NCBI GenBank assembly: GCA_964399495.1 | Contig: CAYNQX010000015.1 | Span: 7,380 to 71,379 of the forward strand | Direction of reading: 5' to 3' | DNA length: 64,000 nucleotides | DNA from: an uncultured bacterium | Lineage (GTDB): Bacteria; Krumholzibacteriota; Krumholzibacteriia; JACNKJ01 | Shown: piece after piece, positions 37,937 to 53,774 of the stretch | Position numbering within the stretch: position 1 is the first letter of the stretch | Layout: every line of letters begins with the position of its first letter | The notes under the pieces: model-generated | Databases searched by the model: none | What the model saw: the letters and a program-made list of their open reading frames with translations, nothing else | What the model was told of the DNA's origin: nothing | Made by a program: the position numbers and the translations under genes

Positions 37937-39721
37937 ATGAGACTGCCCTCACTGAACCAGTTCCTCAGCGATGCGGCGCGCACCGCGCTGCGCTTCCCCT
38001 TCGTGCTTCTGGCGGCCCTCGTCGCCACCGTCTGCGCCGTGAGTCTGATCGAGCACGAGCAGTCCGGCACCTTGATCCGACTGCTGATGAGCGCGCAGCT
38101 CGGAATCCCGCTGCTGCTCGCGCTGGCCCTGTTCGCCGAACGCAACGGACGCTGGAGCCTGCCGTTCGGCCTCGCGGGTCTCTCGCTGCTCGCGGTCTAC
38201 TTCTTCACGCTGCCCGAGCCGGTTCGCGAAGCGGACTGGGTTCGTTTCATCCAGTTCAACGTGGCGGCTCATCTCGCGGCGACCTTCCTCCCCTGGCTCG
38301 GCCGCGGCGAGGAGAACCCCTTCTGGCAGATGGGCAAGAGCCTCTTCCTGCGCCTGCTGAACGCGCTGATCTTCACCGGTGTTTTGATCGCCGGCCTGAA
38401 CGTGGCCCTGCTCGCGCTCGACAAGCTCTTCGGGCTTCCGGTGCCGGACGAGACCTACGGCAAGGTTTCCCTGACCCTGATCTTCCTGTTCAACACCTGG
38501 TTCTTCCTGGGCGGCGTACCCCACGACCGTGAGAAGCTCGCCGCCGGCCGCGACTATCCGCGCGGACTCAAGGTGTTCGCGCAGTTCATCCTGGCGCCGC
38601 TCGTGGCCGTGTACCTGGCCCTGCTCACCGCCTACCTGGTGAAGGTGATCACGACGACCCAGTGGCCCAGCGGCTGGATCGGATGGCTCGTGAGCTCCGT
38701 GGCGGCCGCCGGTCTCATCTCCCTGGCGATGCTCCACCCGCTCGTGAAGCTGAAGGAGAACCGCTGGATCTCCACCTACGCCCGCGGCTACTTCATCCTG
38801 ATGCTGCCGGCCGTCGGGATGCAGCTCATGGCCATCGGCAAGCGGATCGGCCAGTACGGCGTCACCGAGAACCGCTACTTCATTCTCGTGCTGGCGCTGT
38901 GGTTGCTGGTCGTCTCGATCTTCGGCGCTCTGAATCGCCTGAAGAGCCTGCGGCCGCTGCCGCTCACGCTCTGCATCGTGGCCCTGCTCAGCAGCTTCGG
39001 GCCCTGGGGCGCCTACTCCGTGTCCCGCGGCAGTCAGGTGGGACGTCTCGAGGCGCTGCTCGGCGAGGCGCGCCTGCTCGAGACGGGCACCCTCGCCCCG
39101 GCCACAGAACCACCGGGCCACGAGACGCGCCGCGAGATCAGCGCCGTGCTCGACTACCTCATGATCCACCACGGCCCCGAGGCCATCGAGCCCCTGCTCG
39201 CGCCGGAACAGGCGGCGGAGGTGAACGCCCTCTCCGACTCCCTGGCCTACGGCCTCCAGCAGCGCGAGGTGAGCGAGCTGGTGATGTCCTACGCGGAGCT
39301 GGAGCACGTGGCGGGGTGGCGGCGGGGAGCCGGGCAGCGCTGGTTCAACCTGCGACGGGAGCGGGGCGGCGGAGGCGTCGCGCTGGCCGGGTACGATCGG
39401 CTATGGCCCCTGGCCCTGCCCGACGACTGCGGACAGGTCTACCGATTCGACGGCGGCGACGCGAAGCTCGAACTCGATGGGACCGATCTCGTCTTCGGCC
39501 ACGAGGAGAAGTCCCTGTTCGTTTTCGAGCTCGATCCCCTGCTCGAGGGATTGCGCAATCACCGTCGCCGCGCGGGAAGCGAGTTCGCCCCGGAGAGCTT
39601 GCTTGTGCTGGACGCGACGGGCCCGCGCGAGGCACGGCTCCACGTGAACTCCATCACCTGGCTCGATCGAGACGAGGGACCGCGCATTGACCGGCTGACG
39701 GGTTACCTGCTCCTGAAATAG
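37937..39721 (+). CDS. DUF4153-like multi-pass membrane protein
   Basis: About ten hydrophobic segments; YPRGLKVFAQFILAPLVAVY and RIGQYGVTENRY motifs. Confidence 0.75.
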   Translation: MRLPSLNQFLSDAARTALRFPFVLLAALVATVCAVSLIEHEQSGTLIRLLMSAQLGIPLLLALALFAERNGRWSLPFGLAGLSLLAVYFFTLPEPVREADWVRFIQFNVAAHLAATFLPWLGRGEENPFWQMGKSLFLRLLNALIFTGVLIAGLNVALLALDKLFGLPVPDETYGKVSLTLIFLFNTWFFLGGVPHDREKLAAGRDYPRGLKVFAQFILAPLVAVYLALLTAYLVKVITTTQWPSGWIGWLVSSVAAAGLISLAMLHPLVKLKENRWISTYARGYFILMLPAVGMQLMAIGKRIGQYGVTENRYFILVLALWLLVVSIFGALNRLKSLRPLPLTLCIVALLSSFGPWGAYSVSRGSQVGRLEALLGEARLLETGTLAPATEPPGHETRREISAVLDYLMIHHGPEAIEPLLAPEQAAEVNALSDSLAYGLQQREVSELVMSYAELEHVAGWRRGAGQRWFNLRRERGGGGVALAGYDRLWPLALPDDCGQVYRFDGGDAKLELDGTDLVFGHEEKSLFVFELDPLLEGLRNHRRRAGSEFAPESLLVLDATGPREARLHVNSITWLDRDEGPRIDRLTGYLLLK

Positions 39722-42632
39722 GCCCCCGCCCCGACAATTCATGCGCGATTCACCTTCTTTTCTTGTCTGCCGCGGCGCGGAACCCCCATACTCGGAGCCG
39801 AGGGGGTGCGCATGCATCCATCGTATCGGACCTTGATATCGAAACGATTGCGCCATACGCCGGCGACTCTCGCCTGGTGCGTCCAGGATCAAGCCGGAAC
39901 CTTCAGATCGATGGGCCCATCCAAGGCCTACAGACTTCCCCCCTCTCGAATCCATTTCCGACACGCCAGAACGATCCCATTCGCGGAGACCCGCGGTTCA
40001 CCCAAGAGATGGAGTGAGCGGCGATGAAGAGAACCCGACGCAATCTTCCGGACAGCACCTACAACTGGACGACGATGATCGGAGCGGTGATCGCCGTCGT
40101 CACCTTCAGCATCATCCTGCTGCTCATGCTCATCGAGGCCTTCGTCAAGCACAGCACCATCTACATGGGGCTCATCACCACCGTCGTGCTGCCGATTTTC
40201 CTCCTGCTCGGGCTGATCCTGATTCCGATCGGAATGCTGAGGGAGAAACGACGACTGGCCAGAGACCTGGGCGGCCGCTTCCCTCGCGAGTTCAAGCTGG
40301 ACCTGAACAAGCCGGCCTACCGCAACGCTCTCCTGATCTTCATCGTCGGCACGGCCGCCTTTCTCATGTTCTCGACGATCGGCATGTTCTGGGCCTATCA
40401 CGAGACCGAGTCGGTCGAGTTCTGCGGCACGATGTGCCACACGGTGATGAAGCCCGAGTACACCGCCTACACCCGGTCGCCCCACGCCCGGGTGTCCTGC
40501 GTGGAGTGCCACATCGGCGCGGGGACAAGCTGGTACGTCAAGTCGAAGCTGTCGGGTGCATACCAGCTCTACGCCACCCTGACCGAGAAGTACCCGCGGC
40601 CGATTCACACGCCCATCAAGAACCTGCGCCCGGCGCAGGACACCTGCGAGCAGTGCCACTGGCCGGACAAGTTCTCCGGGACCCGGCAGCAGGTCAACCA
40701 CCACTACTTCAGCGATCGCGAGAACACTCCCTACCCCATCACGCTTCAGCTCAAGATCGGCGGAGGCAGCGACGACCTGAATCGGAGCGAGGGAATCCAC
40801 TGGCATGTGGCCGCCAGCAATCAGATCCGGTACATCGCCAGGGACGAGAAGCGGCTCGAGATCAACAGGGTCTGGCTGACCGATGAAGAGGGCAACGAGG
40901 TGGAGTATCGGGATGTCGAGCACCCGTTGAGCCCGGAGGAACTGGCCGAGGCCGAGATCCGGACGATGGACTGCCTCGACTGCCACAACCGCCCGAGCCA
41001 CAAGTACCTGTCGCCGAACCGGACGATCAACGCCGCCATGGCCCTGGGACGGATCGACCCCGATCTCCCGTTCATCAAGCGACAGGCAATGGAGGTGCTC
41101 GAGGCCGAATACACGAGCGAGCCCGAGGCCCTTCAGAGCATCGAGGATCGTCTGATCGACTTCTATCGAAGCGAGTTCCCCGAAGTCCTCACGCAGCAAC
41201 GGGACGCGCTCGACGCGGCGGTGGCCACGCTCCGGCAGCTGTATTCGGAGAACTTCTTCCCCGAGATGAAGGTGGACTGGACGGTCTACCCCGATCACAT
41301 CGGCCATTCGGAGTTCATCGGCTGTTTCCGGTGCCACGGAAGCACTCTGGAGACGGCCGACGGGAAGCGGATTTCCCAGGATTGCGACCTGTGCCACACG
41401 ATCCAGACGCCGGAGGCCGTGGACGTCTTCGCCGAACTCAGCAACCACAACATGGAACTCGGCGCCGATTGCCTCAAGTGTCACAGCTACGGCACCTGGT
41501 CACGCGCCGAGAAGTTCCGGCATGAAGACGCTCGGTATCCGCTGCTCGGCCTTCACGAGAAGGTCGACTGCGACAAGTGCCACCCCCAGGTGGCCCCCAC
41601 GGAAATGGGGATCCTCCGGTACCGAGGTCTCGACTACGACAACTGCATGCCCTGTCACCCCGATCCCCACGAGGACAAGTTCGGCCCGAACTGCAAGGAG
41701 TGTCACAACGAAAGCGATTGGAAGCAGGTGCCCGAGGACAAGCTCGACCACACCAAGACGGGCTACTCCCTGATCGGGATGCACGCCGCGGTCGAATGCG
41801 CGAAGTGCCACAAGACCGAACGCTGGGTCGACCCCATCGACCACGCCGAATGCACCGGCTGCCATGCGGACGAACACGTGGGCCAGTTCGCCGACCGGCC
41901 CGATCGGGGAAAGTGCGACGGCTGCCACACCGTCGACGGATTCATGCCCGCTCGCTACGATCTCGTCGAGCATCAGGAGAGCCGCTATCCGCTGGAGCTG
42001 GCCCACGCCGCCGTCCCCTGCAACGGCTGCCACGTGAAGACGATGATCGAGGGCACGGAAACCGCGAAGTTCGATTTCGACGAGCGGGGCTGCCAGGATT
42101 GCCACCTGGACTCCCCCAAGGCCCACACCGCGGACGTGCGGGAAACGATGACCTGCCAGGACTGCCACAGCCCCTTGAAGTGGAAGGAAGTGATCTACGA
42201 TCACGTGCGGACCGAGTATCCGCTCACGGACCGCCACCTGACCGTGTCCTGTCTAGGATGCCACACCACCGCCGATGCGGGCACACCGAACGAGCGGGTC
42301 GTCTACCGGGAGTTGTCCACCCAGTGCTACTCCTGCCACAGCGATACCCACGCCGGTCAGTTCCCCTCGGACTCCTGCGAGAAGTGCCATACGACCCAGG
42401 GCTGGCAGGAGACCCTGTTCGACCACAACCGCGACTCCGTGTTCAAGCTGGAGGGGAAGCACCTCGACGTGGCCTGCGTGAACTGCCACATCGACGAGTT
42501 GACCGAGGACGGACGGATCGTCCGTCTCTTCAAGCCCATCGGCGTCGAGTGCCGGACCTGTCATGCCGGCGACGGATCGGTCCTGAGCGACTACGCCCTC
42601 ACCGTATCCCAGATGTGGACCCCCTCGCGGGA

Positions 42633-46379
<3,747 letters not shown>

Positions 46380-46380
46380 G

Positions 46381-48330
46381 CTACTTCTCCTCGCTCAGGT
46401 TGCGCTGCAGGGTGCCGCACTTGAACATGGCGGAGCCGAAGTAGGGATTCTCGGTGCCCTCCTTTTCCTGCAGCCAGTCGGCGCCCTCGAAGTCGAAGGC
46501 CATGGAGCAATAGTACACGAACAGCGGCTTCCCCTTTTCGCGGCCGAAGCGCGCACCGAGGGCGGCGACGGCGGCCGAGAGCGGCTCGAAGTCGCGGCGG
46601 GCGGACTCGATGCCGGCGCTGTTCCCGATGGAGGCGGAGGCGTCCTTCAGGGCCGGCTGCAGCTCCATCCAGAGCATGTGAGCCGGTTCGTCCAGATCCG
46701 CCATCTCAATCTTGCCCAGGGCTTTGCCGAGCGCCTTCGCCCGCTTGCTCGCCTTGCCGTGCTTGTCGTGGGCGAGGGCGTCCTTCATGTCGAAGTAGGC
46801 ATCGTAGACCTTCTCGATCTGCTTCAGGAAAGACGCCGGCGCGGCGAGGCGATCGCCCTCGGCCAGAGTCTTCAGGGCCGCCACGGGATCGGCGGCCGGA
46901 GTCGCGTCGGCATGACCGTGACCCTCGTGGGCGACGGGCTCCGCCGAGGCCACCGCGACGGGATTCATCATGCTCGGCTTGGCCAGGATCTGCAGGGCCG
47001 AGTCGATCTTGAAGTTGCCCCGGGTCACGACGCGTTCGCCCTCGGCCAGGCCCTCGGCGACCAGATAGTGTTCGCCGGCGCGCGGGCCGAGTTCGACCTC
47101 GCGGCCTTCGTAGCGGCCGGGCTCGCCCGGGTCCTCCACGTACACCACCGCGCGCTTGCCGGTGATGAGCGGCGCCGTGGCGGGAATCACCAGGGGCGCG
47201 CCCTCCATACCGCCGACGAAGCCGAGGTCTTCCGCGGGCACCAGGTCCATGCCGCAGACGTCGCAGCTGCCGGGGCCGTCCTTCACCACCTCGGGATGCA
47301 TCGGGCTGATCCACTTGCCGGCCAGGTCGGCATCGGCCACGCGGCCGCCCTCCCCCAGCCGCGCCGTCACCGACGCGCGCACGAACATGCCGGGCTTGAG
47401 CCGCCCGTCGGCGTTGTCGACGTTCACGCGCACCTTCACCGTGCGCGTGGTCTCGTCCACCACCGGATCGATGTAGGCCACGCGGCCGGCGAAGCGGTCG
47501 CCCGGGTGGGCGATCGACTCGAACTCCACGTTCTGGCCGTAGTGCAGCAGGGGCAGGTCGCTCTCGTAGGCGTCCAGCTTCACCCACACACCGCTCAGGT
47601 CGGCGATGCTCACCAGCGGTGCGCCCACCTTCACGTAGGCACCCTCGACGGCGTGGCGCTCGAGCACGATGCCGCCCATGGGCGCGGTCACCGTCACGTG
47701 GTCGGCGGCCTCGCCGCCCGAGCTCAGCGCGTCGATCTGGGCGTCGCTGAAGCCCAGCAGTCGCAGCTTCTCCTCGCTCGCGCGCCGCGTACTCTCCGCG
47801 AAGCTCCCCGTTGCGCGCTTCGCCTGCAGGAACTCCTCCTGCGCGGCGATCAGTTCGGGGCTGTAGAGCTCGGCCAGATGATCGCCGGCGGCCACGCGGA
47901 TACCGGTGTAGTCCACGAAGAGCCGGTCGAGGCGTCCCGCCGCCCAGGCGCTGATGCGCCGCACGCGGGTCTCGTCGGCGGTCACCTTGCCCAGTAGCTG
48001 CAGGCCGCTCTCCACGAAGCGGCGCTCCACCGGGGCGGTGGCCACCTGCGCGAGGGCCCGCGCCTGCGGCGTCAGCGTGAGCACCGGCGCGGCGGTGTCC
48101 TCGCCGGAGTCCGCGGCGACGGGAATCAGGTCCATGCCGCAAAGCGGGCAGGGCGCGTCGGGATCGGCGAGCCGCACGCTCGGGTGCATCGAGCACGTGT
48201 ACTCGGAAGCCGCATCGGCGTGGGCGTGGCTGGCCTCCGGACGGGAGGTCGGCCGGTGGCTCAGCCAGCCCAGGCCGAATGCGATCAGGATGGAGAGCGC
48301 GATGAGCACGAAGCGGAGGCGGTTATTCAT
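46381..48330 (-). CDS. cusB: CusB-type RND periplasmic adaptor with heavy-metal-binding domains and DUF3347-like C-terminus
   Basis: YTCSMHP...CPLCGMDL, LYSPELIAAQEEFL, LKPGMF, SPMHP...CDVCGMDL and YYCSMAF...NPYFGSAMFKCG. Confidence 0.9.
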   Translation of the reverse strand: MNNRLRFVLIALSILIAFGLGWLSHRPTSRPEASHAHADAASEYTCSMHPSVRLADPDAPCPLCGMDLIPVAADSGEDTAAPVLTLTPQARALAQVATAPVERRFVESGLQLLGKVTADETRVRRISAWAAGRLDRLFVDYTGIRVAAGDHLAELYSPELIAAQEEFLQAKRATGSFAESTRRASEEKLRLLGFSDAQIDALSSGGEAADHVTVTAPMGGIVLERHAVEGAYVKVGAPLVSIADLSGVWVKLDAYESDLPLLHYGQNVEFESIAHPGDRFAGRVAYIDPVVDETTRTVKVRVNVDNADGRLKPGMFVRASVTARLGEGGRVADADLAGKWISPMHPEVVKDGPGSCDVCGMDLVPAEDLGFVGGMEGAPLVIPATAPLITGKRAVVYVEDPGEPGRYEGREVELGPRAGEHYLVAEGLAEGERVVTRGNFKIDSALQILAKPSMMNPVAVASAEPVAHEGHGHADATPAADPVAALKTLAEGDRLAAPASFLKQIEKVYDAYFDMKDALAHDKHGKASKRAKALGKALGKIEMADLDEPAHMLWMELQPALKDASASIGNSAGIESARRDFEPLSAAVAALGARFGREKGKPLFVYYCSMAFDFEGADWLQEKEGTENPYFGSAMFKCGTLQRNLSEEK

Positions 48331-49600
48331 GGGTGGCTCCTTCGGGACTGAACTTGCCGGGTCCGAGGCCGGCAAGGGCCTCGGCGGCGGCGTGGTGGCG
48401 ATAGCGGTCGGCCTCGCTGCGCGCGAGCGTCAGCTCGAGCTCGAGCAGAAGGCGGTGCGTTTCGATGAGGTCTTCGAAGCCCGCGCGCCCGGCGCGATAG
48501 GCTTCGCGGCTCACGGCCGCGGTCTCTCTGGCCGCGGGCAGGAGCTCTTCGCGGTGCAGTTCGGCGCGACGCAGAGCGCCGCGGTAGTCGAAGAGGGCGC
48601 GCTCCAGTCGCGCCTCGAGATCGAGCGTCTCGGAATACAGAGCGGCCTCGCCGGCGCGGGCTCGGGCGGCGGCCTCGGTCACGGCCGCGCCGTGGTCGCG
48701 CCAGAGGGGAACGCTGAAGCCGACGCTGAGGACGAGAGGATCCTTGCCGCTGCCGGCCACGCCCTCCATGCGGGCGGGATCCGTGGCGATGTAGTCCAGG
48801 CCCAGGATGAAGTCGGGCGCGCCGCCCTTGCGGGCCAGCTCGACGCCGCGCTCCGCGCGCTCCTGCCTGGCCGCCAGTCCGCGCAGCGATGGGCTGCCGG
48901 CGAGAGCGGCGAACGCATCGGCCTGGAATGTCTCGGCGTCCGGCGTCGTGGGCAGCCGCTCGGGCGCTTCGTGGCCCTCGCTCCGCTTCAGGCCGCGGGC
49001 GGCGGCCAGGCGCCGCTCGGCCGGACGCATCGCGTCGCGCAGCTCGTCCCGGCGCTCGGCGACCCGGCTGCGCTCCACCTGGACGCGCAGCAACTGGGCG
49101 TGGCTCGCCTCGCCGCTGCGGTAGCGGCTCTGCGTCACCCGCTCGACCTGATCGAGCAGCGCGAGCTGCTCGTCGACGATTTCGCCCCCTTGCTCCAGAA
49201 ACCAGATCTCGGCCAGCGCGGACTTCAGTTCGCGCACCACCGTGAGACGGGCCGCGGCGTACTCGTCGCGCGCCGCTCCTCCCGCGAGGCTCGCCATCTC
49301 CCTGGCGACGCCCAGCTCCCCGAACCAGGGAATGCGCTGTCGAACACCCACCCGCGCGCGCTGGGGGCCGACGCGCGTCTCGACTTCCTCGACGAAGTAA
49401 CCGGCGTTGATCTGGAGATCGGGAAGACGCCCGGCGCCCCGGGCTCCCGCCTCGGCCGAACGCCACCTCGCCTCGGCGGCGGCGATGGCGGGATGGTGCT
49501 CGAGGGACGCCGCGATGAGCGCGTCGAGGTCGACGGCGGAATCGACGCGCGCATGGGTCGCGGCGAGTATCAGGGCGGTGGCGGCGAGAATGCGGGTCAT
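48323..49600 (-). CDS. TolC-family outer membrane efflux protein
   Basis: Signal peptide; LPDLQ...VETRVGPQR..VRQRIPWFG, VGFSVPLW; helical repeats; first gene of the efflux operon. Confidence 0.88.
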   Translation of the reverse strand: MTRILAATALILAATHARVDSAVDLDALIAASLEHHPAIAAAEARWRSAEAGARGAGRLPDLQINAGYFVEEVETRVGPQRARVGVRQRIPWFGELGVAREMASLAGGAARDEYAAARLTVVRELKSALAEIWFLEQGGEIVDEQLALLDQVERVTQSRYRSGEASHAQLLRVQVERSRVAERRDELRDAMRPAERRLAAARGLKRSEGHEAPERLPTTPDAETFQADAFAALAGSPSLRGLAARQERAERGVELARKGGAPDFILGLDYIATDPARMEGVAGSGKDPLVLSVGFSVPLWRDHGAAVTEAAARARAGEAALYSETLDLEARLERALFDYRGALRRAELHREELLPAARETAAVSREAYRAGRAGFEDLIETHRLLLELELTLARSEADRYRHHAAAEALAGLGPGKFSPEGATHE

Positions 49601-49637
49601 GGTCGCTCCCGGGAAGAGTGTGGCCGACCTCGGGAGC

Positions 49638-49652
49638 GCAACGAGCATGCCT
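49638..49652 (-). promoter_or_regulatory. Sigma54 (-24/-12) promoter of the efflux operon
   Basis: Minus strand AGGCAT-GCTCG-TTGC, GG-N10-GC spacing, 38 nt upstream of ATG 49600. Confidence 0.75.
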
Positions 49653-49724
49653 ACTACGCGAAATGCGTAATGCACTTATTTGCAATGGGTTAAGATTCGG
49701 CGTGGAGCCTGGGGCGAGCCCATG

Positions 49725-49760
49725 ATTGAAAGGATCTTTCAATCGTCGAAAGGAGCTTTC
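49725..49760. promoter_or_regulatory. Tandem upstream activator sites for the sigma54 activator
   Basis: ATTGAAAG-GAT-CTTTCAAT (49725-49743) and GAAAG-GAG-CTTTC (49748-49760), about 75-110 nt upstream of the sigma54 promoter. Confidence 0.7.
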
Positions 49761-49784
49761 AGCGAAACGTGCGGGGTGGAGAGC

Positions 49785-51119
<1,335 letters not shown>

Positions 51120-51121
51120 GC

Positions 51122-52924
51122 TCACTCCTTTTCCATTGGTGCGCGGGGCAGGCGCAGCGTGAGGGTGCTGCCCTCGTCCTCGCGGCTCTCCACCCGGACC
51201 TCGCCGCCGTGCGCCTCCACGCACTTGCGCACGGTGGCCATGCCCAGGCCCACCCCCTCCTCGCGCGTCGTGAAGAAGGGATCGAACAGGCGCTCGGCCA
51301 CGGACTCGCTCATGCCGCGACCGCGGTCGCGCACGACGAGGTCGATCCAGGACGACGCGGACCCGGCGGACAGCGAGATCTCGGCGCCCTCGCCGGAGGC
51401 CTGGGCCGCGTTGTCCAGCAGGTTCACCAGGGCCCGCAGGAGCATCTCGCGATCGGCCCGGAACGACAAGTCCGGATCGGGGCCGGCGAGCGCGAGATGC
51501 TGGGCGCGCTCGTCGCGCTCGGCGGCGCTGAGACGTCCGGCCTCGGCCAGCAGCTCCCGCAATCCCACCGGCCGGAGCACCGGATCGACGGGACGGCTGT
51601 AGTCCAGCAGCTCGCCCAGCATCCGCTCCAGACGTTCGCTCTGCTCCCTGGCGATGCCCAGCTGCTCGGTCTCCACCTCGCTCAGCGCCCGACTGCGGGC
51701 CAGGCTGGACAGGTTCATCTTCACGGCGGCGAGCGGATTGCGCATCTCGTGGACGAGGCCGGCCGCCAGCACGCCCAGTTCGGCCTGCCGCTCCGCGCGC
51801 GCGAGTTCGCGACCCGAGCGCTGGAGCTCCTCGCGGCCCTGGGCGATGGCCGCCACCATCTCCCGGAAGCGTTCGCCCAGTCGCCCGATCTCGCCGGGAC
51901 CGGGAATCAGCTCGGGCCGGGCGAGATCGCCGGCGGCCACCTTGTCGCTGGCCGCGGCGAGCGCGCCGATCGGCGCCGAGAGACGGCGGGACAGGCTCAC
52001 GGCGAGCAGCAGCGCCAGCAGCACGGCCGTGAGCCCCAGCAGCGCGATCTGGCGGGCGAGCTTGCGCAGAGGGGCGAAGGCCTCCTCGGTCTTGATCTCC
52101 GCCAGCAGCGCCCAGCGCTGCGTGGGGAGCCACTCGTAGGCGCCCAGCACCTCGTCGCCCAGGTAGCCGCGGTAGACGCTGCTTCCGCTCACCCCGGTGA
52201 GGGCCGCGTGGACGCCCGGCGTGGGCATCTTGTGCGTGAGGGCGGGCGGGTGGTTCATGTGGCGGGAAGGGGTGAGCATGAGCGTGTCCGCGCCCACCAG
52301 GTAGGTCTCGCCGGACTCCCCGAGTCCGGTGCTGTCGGCGAGGATGGGCTGGATCGTGCTGCCCGGCCGCATCTCCGCCAGCAGCGCTCCGCGGCGCTCG
52401 CCGTGCACGTCCAGCGGCACGGCCAGGTGCATCACCGGATCGCCCGCGGGGTCGAGGGCCACGGAGCCCAGCACCGGGCCGCCGCTCTTCATGGCCTCCT
52501 GCAGCTCGGGCAGCCCGGGCAGCGCGCTGCGCTTCGGACCGGTGGCGCCCGCCTGCGCGAGGATGGAGCCCTCGGGGGTCACGAGCAGGCAGCGTCGATA
52601 GGCGAACTGACGGTCGAGGAGCAGCCCCAGCTGATCGCGCAGCTCGAGGCGGTCGGGCCGCGCCTTGCCCAGTTCCCGCTCCACCTGGGCGGCCAGCAGG
52701 GTCATGTCGGCCAGGCGCTCTTCGAACCAGCTCTCCAGGCGGGCGCGACGCTCGCGGGCCACGCCGCGCATGTGCGCCGTGGCCTCGCCCTGCAGGGCGA
52801 CGCGGGCGCGGTGATAGGCCAGTGCGCCCACCGCCGCGGCCACCAGCAAGCTGAGGAGCGCGAGGGAGAGAAAGAGCCGGCGCCCGTAGGCGCCCAGGAA
52901 AGGCGTGCCCGGGCGGCGCGCCAC
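51122..52924 (-). CDS. Membrane sensor histidine kinase (Cache-like, HAMP, HisKA, HATPase)
   Basis: Two TM segments; H-box GLVHEMRNPL; NLLDNA, DRGRG, FFTT and GVGLG boxes. Confidence 0.93.
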   Translation of the reverse strand: MARRPGTPFLGAYGRRLFLSLALLSLLVAAAVGALAYHRARVALQGEATAHMRGVARERRARLESWFEERLADMTLLAAQVERELGKARPDRLELRDQLGLLLDRQFAYRRCLLVTPEGSILAQAGATGPKRSALPGLPELQEAMKSGGPVLGSVALDPAGDPVMHLAVPLDVHGERRGALLAEMRPGSTIQPILADSTGLGESGETYLVGADTLMLTPSRHMNHPPALTHKMPTPGVHAALTGVSGSSVYRGYLGDEVLGAYEWLPTQRWALLAEIKTEEAFAPLRKLARQIALLGLTAVLLALLLAVSLSRRLSAPIGALAAASDKVAAGDLARPELIPGPGEIGRLGERFREMVAAIAQGREELQRSGRELARAERQAELGVLAAGLVHEMRNPLAAVKMNLSSLARSRALSEVETEQLGIAREQSERLERMLGELLDYSRPVDPVLRPVGLRELLAEAGRLSAAERDERAQHLALAGPDPDLSFRADREMLLRALVNLLDNAAQASGEGAEISLSAGSASSWIDLVVRDRGRGMSESVAERLFDPFFTTREEGVGLGMATVRKCVEAHGGEVRVESREDEGSTLTLRLPRAPMEKE

Positions 52925-52925
52925 G

Positions 52926-53339
52926 CTAGGCTCCGTCGTCCAGAGCGCTCAGGAAGCGCTCGAAGCGGGCGGAGACCTCGTCGCCGATCGGCGGAAGGTC
53001 GGCATTGCCGACCATGCCCATCATTCCGTTCACGTCCATCACGCCCACGCGGGTGAGGCCGCCCTCGAGTTCGCGCAGCGTGATGTTGCAGGGCAGGAGC
53101 AGGCCGATGTCCGGCTCGGCCGTCATGGCCGCGTGGGCCAGAGGCGGGTTGCATGCGCCGAGGATGAACTGGGCGGGAACGTCCTCGCCGAGTTTCTCCT
53201 TGAGGGTGGCCTTGACGTCGATCTCCGTGAGGACGCCGAAACCGTGCTCCTTGAGAATGGCCTCGACCTTCGGCCGCCAGTCGGCGACGGCACCGGGCAG
53301 GTCGATGAAGCGACCGTAGTTGTTGCTCGTGCGGGTCAT
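52926..53339 (-). CDS. DUF302 domain protein
   Basis: GFGVLTEID, ILGACNP and GLLLPCNI motifs. Confidence 0.88.
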   Translation of the reverse strand: MTRTSNNYGRFIDLPGAVADWRPKVEAILKEHGFGVLTEIDVKATLKEKLGEDVPAQFILGACNPPLAHAAMTAEPDIGLLLPCNITLRELEGGLTRVGVMDVNGMMGMVGNADLPPIGDEVSARFERFLSALDDGA

Positions 53340-53397
53340 CTTTCGGGATCTCCTTTTCACGCCGCCGGCGTTACTTGCGGTAATCGATCTTGCTGCA

Positions 53398-53679
53398 TCA
53401 GCCGTCCCACTGGCGCTCGTAGTCCTCGAGCCGCCTCTTCACGAAGGCCTCGGCCTCCTCGCGACTCGGATAGACGCGCAGCAGGATGGCGCCCTTGTCG
53501 TCGACTTCCTGGAACACGTGCCGCTCGGCGGCGAGGAATATCCGGAGGGACTGCCCGCCGAATACCGTCTCCTCGCGCAGGAGTTCCCCGTCGGCGAAGA
53601 GTCGCGCGAGGGCCGCCTCGTCGACCTTGCGGGGCGGCAGAGGGCCGAGGCCGGCCAGGATGTCGTCGAGTTCCGGCAT
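53398..53679 (-). CDS. Small hypothetical protein
   Basis: Protein-like frame (MPELDDILAGL...EDYERQWDG) filling the gap after the MCP; start uncertain. Confidence 0.55.
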   Translation of the reverse strand: MPELDDILAGLGPLPPRKVDEAALARLFADGELLREETVFGGQSLRIFLAAERHVFQEVDDKGAILLRVYPSREEAEAFVKRRLEDYERQWDG

Positions 53680-53774
53680 GGCGACAGGGTAACGAATCGG
53701 GAAAGGATCGTCCACGTGAACGAAAGCCCGCCCCGCCGGAGGGCGGGACGGGCTCCATTTCAACATCGACGATC

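Noticed and set aside
39722-40023. 300-bp intergenic region before the cytochrome as ncRNA or FNR site
   Set aside because: Only a weak hairpin and no complete TTGAT-N4-ATCAA; insufficient support.
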